Below, one piece after another: positions 56,700-64,000 of a stretch of DNA of 64,000 nt (within the stretch, counting starts at the first letter, position 1; every line of letters begins with the position of its first letter). The translations under genes and the position numbers were made by a program. The DNA is from the human T2T-CHM13v2.0 reference genome, Homo sapiens. The stretch is taken from the NCBI RefSeq assembly GCF_009914755.1, contig NC_060927.1, one strand, 5' to 3'. The notes beneath the pieces are model-generated. The model saw only the letters and a list, made by a program, of their open reading frames with translations, was not told the origin of the DNA and searched no databases.

Positions 56700-57504
56700 G
56701 TTTCTGGATTTAACCTCTCTGACCTAATGGTTCACAGGAATAAATACTGTCATCGGTTTAATCACTGTTGTTCTCTTCTCTGCTTTTGTTTCCACTTTGT
56801 TTCTCCTGAATGCGAAAAAGAAAAGTGACCACACACTTCACAAGCCAGTGGTGTGCATATATATGTGTGTATGCACTCCTGAGCCAGAACAGCCACACTA
56901 GCAGCATCTAAGCACCTCAGCTCAACCAGTTGAAATTACTGCACAGTTTAACCATTATCCTGGGGATTTGCGAGAAGCAGTACTGTGTCTAATAAATACT
57001 GGCCATAAACCGAAGTAAGATTGATGGTTCTAATCTGCCTCTTTGCTTGCCTTTTCTTGGCTATGTTTGGTAATTTTGATCTTATCCACTTCTCTCTGTT
57101 CTTTTCCTTCAGCTTCTTGGTTGCAGGCATTGGAAAACTCTGCCTTTCTTCCTTCCCATAATCTGCTCTTATTTACACTTACTGAGGTCCCTCACTATTA
57201 TCCTATCTATCCTCCTCTCCAGAGATTTTAAGATGGCTCAGGATGGATCATTCTATTTGATCTTTGGATATTTGCTCTATTTCTCTTTAGTCTTCCTGAA
57301 ATTCTGAAAGGTTGCTAATCATGCTCCCAGGATTATGGTCCAGAGTGGCTGTCATGTTGTCTACATAAAGCAACTATATTGAAAGCCACCTCTGGGTTTT
57401 TATACTTTCAAGTTCTAGCAAGGGTAAACACTTGCCAACTTTAGCTTTCTGGGTTCATTTTCTAGGCATAGGCATAATGAGGACCCTGACTATTGAATTC
57501 TACC

Positions 57505-57953
57505 TGTGAGAGTTGCAGGTACCAGGATGAAATCACTTTTTTCCAGATCCAAACAACCCAGAGCTGGAAGGGCACAAAAGAGGAGGGTTCATGCTTGCAT
57601 ATCTGGAATAAAGACTGCTTCAAGGACTTTCTAAAATAAGCCACAAGAATTTCTTTCTTTAGGACTGCAGCAATTCAGATAAGATGCTCTTGAAAGAACA
57701 CCTGCCCACTAATGGCATCTCTGCCAATGAACTGATGCCAATTATTGCTTTCAGTCTCTAAAACCAAGAACTCTGTTTCCAAGCAGCTTATGAGAACTTC
57801 TCCTTTGCCAATAAAACATTCCCTTTACCCTCCCCTTTTCAGATGTATATGTGACTTGCCATAGCTGTGCATATGGGGTTATAATCCATTTTTCTAATTC
57901 CTGAATAAATTAAACATATTTGGAGATACTTCTCTCTGATTTTTTGATTGGCA
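57505..57953 (+). mobile_element. ERV1 solo LTR (MER34/MER39/LTR29-like group) with 4-bp TSD TACC
   Basis: TG...CA termini (TGTGAGAGTTGCAGGTACC ... GATTGGCA), AATAAA at about 57904, and TACC at 57501-57504 and 57954-57957. The exact subfamily is uncertain. Confidence 0.72.
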
Positions 57954-58974
57954 TACCCTAGAACAAAAATAAGCTATTTCTATATTAGATAAGTAGATTA
58001 CTGCTTCTGTATTTTTACAACTATGAGCTTATATTTGCAAGAAAGGTATAATAGTTATGTTTATATAACATGGATCAAAGATTAAATGAAGCTAAGATGC
58101 ACTTGAGAGACTAGAATCCACTGAGTAGCAGAAAAGTCTATTTATATTTTTCTTCTTTAGATATCTCAAAACTACAAAAAGTTTATGCCTCTTTGCTCAA
58201 ACCTAGTAGTCAATATCATACGAAAGGATTTTGTTGATATAATTCATATCGCTGAATTATGACATTAATCCTTTAAGTGCATATAGACTAAGTATAAAAT
58301 CAAGGGATTAAAAGATCAGCTATATGAGTTTTACACATAAATATAATACAAACTCATAAAGTGTATAAAATCAAAATATTAATTACATAAACCAAATCTA
58401 TTTGATACCCAAGAGAATGGAGTAAATAAAAAGATACATAAAACAACATGATGGTATATAAATTTTATCCTAGATATTTTATTGGGAATGAAAAAGAAAG
58501 ATATATAGCCTAAAATGCAGATTTTGGTAGCATGATTTGAACAAGTAGAAAGGAAAGAAAAAGATAATTAAAAGCCAGAGCAGATGACCATGCTACTGGG
58601 GCAACATTGAAGCCGAGTACCATGCTCGAGCCCTTGAGACAGGCAGAGATGTGGGTGCAGTAAATGGTGAATGCTGAAGGTCTAAGGAATGGTGACTCAG
58701 GAAGTGAAAGTCAAGAGGAGAATCGTAGGGTCAAGAAGGTATTTACATAGGACCAGATGTATATTAAAATACTTTTGTAAGTTGACTCTCAACAACAACA
58801 AACTAAAGTATATAAATCTTATGTATACAATATGCAAGGAAAAAATCAGATAAATGTTTAAAGATAAAATATGTTTATTAAGGTTCTTATAATCACAAAT
58901 GTTATAAATAGATAAATTCTCCATCAGTCTATTGTTTGGTTAAATAAGTCATGACACCGTTAAACACTGAAATA

Positions 58975-59280
58975 ACAAGTAGCAATCAAAATGGTATAGG
59001 TTCTATCTTCACTAACATGGACACATGTTCACAATATATATATGTGATGAAGGCAGACACAAAAGGCACTGAAAGCACAACCTAGCAAATATGGTAGAAC
59101 TAAATTACACATACACACATAGGCACACATGCACATACACACGTAGAAAAACCCGGAGAAATAGATTTTCATAATGGGTATCTGAGATAGTGGGATGAAA
59201 GGTAATTACTTTTTTCTTTTGGTTATGTTTTGTAAGTTACTGCTTACATTGACAAAGTATTGATTTTATCACCAGAAGAT
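58975..59280 (+). mobile_element. Ancient L1ME 3' end fragment
   Basis: ACTAACATGGACACATGTTCACAATATA...ATAATGGGTATCTGAGATAGTGGGATGAAAGGTAATTACTTTTTTCTT. Confidence 0.55.
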
Positions 59281-59835
59281 AATTCAACTAAGAGAAAAAG
59301 AAGGATGTGTCAATGTAAAGCCACTGGTTAGAATGAAAGATGGGAATGTAAGCATATGGTCAGAGCGTTTGAAATTTTCCAAGATACTGCATCATGGGGA
59401 GCAAATAATCTGTTCATTTGCTATAATTTTCCCTCCCTTGGGAGCACTAGAGCTATTAAAATGGTTGAGAAGAATGTAAGCCTGAATTGTTAAAAAAAAA
59501 AAGAAAAAAAAGAAAAAAAAAAGCTCAGGGGCACTTCATGAAACACCATGAAATAGAAGTAATTACAGGTTTCATAGAATTTGTGCTGAAAATGACCTTA
59601 GAGTTTCTTTCCTCATTTTACACACAGGGATGCTGAGACCCAAAGAAGGTACTTAATATACTAACAATAATGCAAGTAATAGAAGCAGAGACAAGACCAA
59701 AACTTGGAATTTATTTATTTTTAAAATTTTCAAATATGAAATCTTTACACAATGTCATGGTTATTAGAAGTGCCAAGATGCAGAAATGAAACAAGACAAA
59801 AAAATTCTAAAAAAAATCCAAAAGCCTAGAAAATA

Positions 59836-59842
<7 letters not shown>

Positions 59843-59881
<39 letters not shown>

Positions 59882-59907
59882 CACACACACACACACATAT
59901 ATATATA
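59843..59907. repeat. (TA)n(CA)n(TA)n compound microsatellite
   Basis: Read directly. Confidence 0.95.
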
Positions 59908-60119
59908 AAATGTATAGTTAATAAATCAAATGATGTATTCTGAGTTGGAGGCAGAAATACCTATATCAATCATAGCATCTGCTGTGGGCCAGGGTCTGTG
60001 CTCTGTTCTGGGAATACGATGCCTACCATACTTAAAGTACCTTTTGTGTATGTGCTAAGTGAGAATTAAAAATACCTTTTAAAAACAAATGAAAAATACA
60101 GCACACTACAGCACATTCG

Positions 60120-60171
60120 TTCTTTGTTTTTTGAAACAGAGTCTTGCTCTGTCACCCAGGCAGGAGTGCAG
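60120..60171 (-). mobile_element. Very short Alu 3' fragment
   Basis: TTTTTTGAAACAGAGTCTTGCTCTGTCACCCAGGCAGGAGTGCAG, after which similarity stops. Confidence 0.8.
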
Positions 60172-62149
60172 CTTGGAATGTGACCCTCATAGCAATTCTG
60201 AGAAATTTATAAAGGCGTACTTTGTTTTGTTTGTGGTTCTTGATTCTTTGGTTATCTTCTTTTAATAGGGACATCAAGAGTGTCACCTCAAACCCCCAAT
60301 ATCTGTTAGTGAATAAAAAGGTGATGATGGAGAAAATGTTTTATAAATTGAAAAATGCAGTCTCAAGTGGTCTAATATTGTTACCAAGTAATCCCCAAAA
60401 GTTTTTAAATTGGTATCTAGGGATCAAGAAACTGCTTCACTCTATTTGCTGTGCTTTCTTATCTTTCCAAATTTTACCCTTCCATAAAGACACCTTTCAA
60501 ATGCTTGATTTCTCTTTTATAGTCTCTGCTCCATAGTAAGACAGCAAACAGGAGGGCTCAAGCCATGTTTCTTGAGAATGCAATGACTGTTGATGTACTA
60601 TGAAGAACCTTGCTTCCTTTAAAATTACGTGAGAGATTAGTGTCAATTCTAGGCTTTTGGATTAATGCAGCTGGACTATGTCTTTTCTCCGGCTGTGTGC
60701 CTCTCATTACAGCCTTCTCCAGTTCTCTATACTTAGAGAGGACATGTGATGGGAAATGACTCCTTTCTAGATCATGTTACTTTTGGATATGATATAAAAA
60801 TATGAGATCACTGTCAAATAAATAGTTCAAAATAAATAGTTATCTGTTGTCGCAGAACTGTGTACAGCTTCCTTCTTGCCTTGTGAGTGGAGAATTAAGA
60901 GTCATACAAGTCTGACCTCAAAATCTCACTACCTTTGGCTCCCATACACACATACATGCATGCACTCCCTTTCATATAATTAATTTGTTTCAAATATCTA
61001 TTTTCCAGACTCATTGCTAAAGCTATGAAATATTTAATTCATTTTGTTTTTATCAGCTTCCAAAATTATGTCTACATAATCATTGTATGAATGCTATCTC
61101 AACCACTGGAATATAGGATACTTTCTCTTCTATCCTTTCTAAAAAATAATCTAAGGCAGCAGTGAATTAAAATAAGGTAAAATAAATGAAGACAGACTGT
61201 CTTGCTCTGTTTTTGGAGGAAAAAACAGAAATGAAGTCTGTAATGTCTACTTGTTAATTGTCACCACATTGATCAAATTGAACTCTTTTAGTTTTTTGGA
61301 GTTATTATTATACATAATACCCCAGAAGTTCCCATGTAATTTGCACTGTTGAAAAACTAGCTTGTTCCAGGAGTAGCATAGACAGTTGCTGAGGAACTTT
61401 CTTTACCTTTCAATGCAACTTCTATATCTGAAGTCCTCAGCAGATGCTGTAGATTCCTTAGGCTTCCAGCTGTGCCTAGAGAGAATGTCATTGAGTGTCC
61501 ATGCAGAGTCTAAACATCAACTGGTTTCTGCATAGATCATTTTGACCTTTTAGATATCATTCCAATCCAAGGAAACCTCAAGTCTGCTGTCTAAAGTGTA
61601 CAGGAAACATAGTCTTATTTCTAATGTCCTAAGCAATTAATAACCAGATAAAATTTTATTTTTACCCTGAATAAAATTTGAGGATGGTGGAATAGTTAAA
61701 GTAGATTCAAAAAATCTTATCCTTTTTGCAATTATGGTCTTTAGAATCTCTAATGTTACCTGTTTAGATTTGTTTAAAACACCACTTATTAGTGTGCTTC
61801 TTCCTTCAATTGATTTATATAGCATTTAAACTAAAAGCCCACATGTATTTATAGCCTGCACTATTCTTTTGAGCAGAAATATGTAAGTATGAAGGGCTTA
61901 CATCTGTATGAAGAAAGTCAAAATATAGTGAAAGTCCCCTGATTATCATGTTACTATTCTTGTTCCATTTTAAGTAATCTCTAAAAATTGGTTAAATTAA
62001 GACTATATTTTATAGTTTATTTTTAGGGATACAGTTAGATTATTTTTAAGACTGAAGTTTGAGATAAGATATGAGTTTATTAAAATGTATTTTTCTATAT
62101 AAAAGCCTGATTATGTAAATGTATGTGCATATTCTCAACAGTTGTGTTA

Positions 62150-62297
62150 TGTTAGATAAGATACTCAAGTTACTTATCTTACTTAACTCCTCCCTATTAA
62201 AAAATAGGATGATCTTAAACGTATCTTAAAGAGGTTAATGGAATTACATGAGTAGAACACTGTCTGCATACAGTGAGCATTCAACAAATGTTAATTA
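62150..62297 (+). mobile_element. MIR fragment
   Basis: CAAGTTACTTA...TAGAACACTGTCTGCATACAGTGAGCATTCAACAAATGTTAATTA. Confidence 0.65.
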
Positions 62298-62354
62298 CTA
62301 TTTTTATATTTCCACATATGTTCATCTGGGTTTTAATCTCTGGAAAATTAATAT

Positions 62355-62639
62355 TATTTATTTGTTTCAATAGTTTTTGGGCAACAGGTGGTTTTTGGTT
62401 ACATGGATAAGTTCTAGGGGTAATTAGTGAGATTGTGGTGTATCCATCAAACAGAGCAGTGTACACTGTACCCAGTGTGTAGTCTTTTATCCCTTGCCCC
62501 CTGCCCCCATGCCTCCCACCTCTCCAAAGTCCGTTATGTCATTCTATGCCTTTCTGTCCTCATACCTTAGCTCCCACTTATAAATGAGAATATGCGATGT
62601 TTGGTTTTCCATTCCTAAGTTACTTCACTTAGAATAATG
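62355..62639 (-). mobile_element. L1PB 3' UTR end (non-inverted part of a 5'-inverted L1)
   Basis: TTTCAATAGTTTTTGGGCAACAGGTGGTTTTTGGTTACATGGATAAGTTCT...TTAGCTCCCACTTATAAATGAGAATATGCGATGTTTGGTTTTCCATTCCTAAGTTACTTCACTTAGAATAATG. Confidence 0.9.
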
Positions 62640-64000
62640 AATCATTCTATGAAGACAATATCATCCTAATTCCAAAACCAGTAAGTGACATAGCCAAAAA
62701 AAGAAAACTACAGACCAATATCTGTACACAAATGCAAAATCTCAACACAATATCTGTACACTCAAATCCAATATCTGTACACAAATGCAAAAATCCCCAA
62801 CAAAATACTACCTAACTGAATCCAACAGCATATCAAAAAAGATAATACACGATGATGAAGTGGGTTTTATACCAAGGATGCAGGGATGGCTTAACATATT
62901 CAAGTCAATAAATGTGATACATCACATAAACAGAATTAAAAGCAAAAATAATATGGTCATCTCAATAGGTGCAGAAAAAGCTTTTGACAAAATCCAGCAT
63001 TACTTTATGATTAGAACCTTCAGCAAAATTGGCATAAAAGGGACATGACTCAAGGTAATAAATGGCATGTATGACACACCCACAGCCAACATTATACTAA
63101 ATAGGGAAAAGTTGAAAGCATTCCCCCTGAGAACTGGAACAAGATATGATTGCCCAGTTTCACCTCTTCTATTCATCGTAGTACTGGAAGTCCTACCTGA
63201 GCAATCAGACAAGATAAAAAAAAATCAAGGGCATCCAAATTGGTAAAGAGGAAGTCCAGCTGTCACTGTTTGCTGATGATGTGATCGTATACCTAGAAAA
63301 CGGCAAAGACTCATCCAAAAAGCTCCTAGATCTGTTAAATGAATTCAGTAAAGTTTCAAGATGCAAAATTAGTACACACCAATCACTAGCACTGCTATAC
63401 ACCAATGACCAACCTGAGAATCAAATCAAGAACTCAATCACTTTTATAACAGCTGAAAAAAAAGCAAAAAACAAAAACACAAAAAAACCTTAAAAATATA
63501 GCAAACCAAGGAGGTGAAAGATCTTTACAAGAAAAACTACAAAACACTGCTGAAAGAAATCATAGATGACACAAACAAATGAAAACACATCCCATGCTCA
63601 TGGATGGGTAGAATGAATACAGCGAAAATGACAATACTGCCAAAAACAATCTACAGATTGAATGCAATTCCATCAAAGTACCATCATCATTCTTCATAGA
63701 AGTAGAAAAAAGATACCAAATTTCATGCCAAACTTAAAAAGACCCTGCATAGCCAAAGCAAGACTAAGCAAAACGAACAAATCTGGAGGCATCACATTAC
63801 CTGACTTTAAACTATACTACAAGGCGGCTATAGCTACCAAAACAACATGGCACTGGTATACAAATAAGCCCATAAGTTCCATAGACCAATGGAACAGAAT
63901 AGGGAACAAAGAACTAAAGACAACTGCTTGTAGCCAACTGATCTTCAACAAAGTAAACAAAAACAGAAAGCAGGGAAAGGGCACCCTATTCAAAAATAAT
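62640..64000 (+). mobile_element. L1PB ORF2 (RT domain) segment, inverted relative to its 3' end; runs off the window
   Basis: Frames [33 protein letters not shown]...[14 protein letters not shown] and [14 protein letters not shown], disrupted by stops and frameshifts. Confidence 0.92.

Overview
AT-rich, CpG-depleted, repeat-dense primate (human-like) non-coding DNA, either intergenic or a large intron. I find no credible cellular protein-coding exon, RNA gene or CRISPR array. The only ORFs with recognisable products are decayed retroelement frames (HERV-L RNase H/integrase/dUTPase, the MaLR internal ORF, L1 ORF2). The window holds Alu (J, S, Y), L1, L2, MIR, ERVL/MaLR/ERV1 LTRs, Tigger3a and MER94 DNA transposon relics, and microsatellites. 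The most notable structure is a 4.3 kb provirus at 1027-5352 (minus strand). It is bounded by two MLT2A1 LTRs and a near-perfect 5-bp TSD, and its interior is a THE1 (MaLR)/HERV-L chimera, which suggests an inter-family recombinant that integrated as one unit. Other features are a 67-bp locally templated insertion into an LTR, several fold-back or iterative repair scars, two 50-90 bp tandem duplications, an L1 5'-inversion, an inverted-Alu cluster and a candidate CTCF/AP-1 element. Repeat subfamily names come from remembered consensus sequences, not a database search; boundaries of old repeats are approximate.
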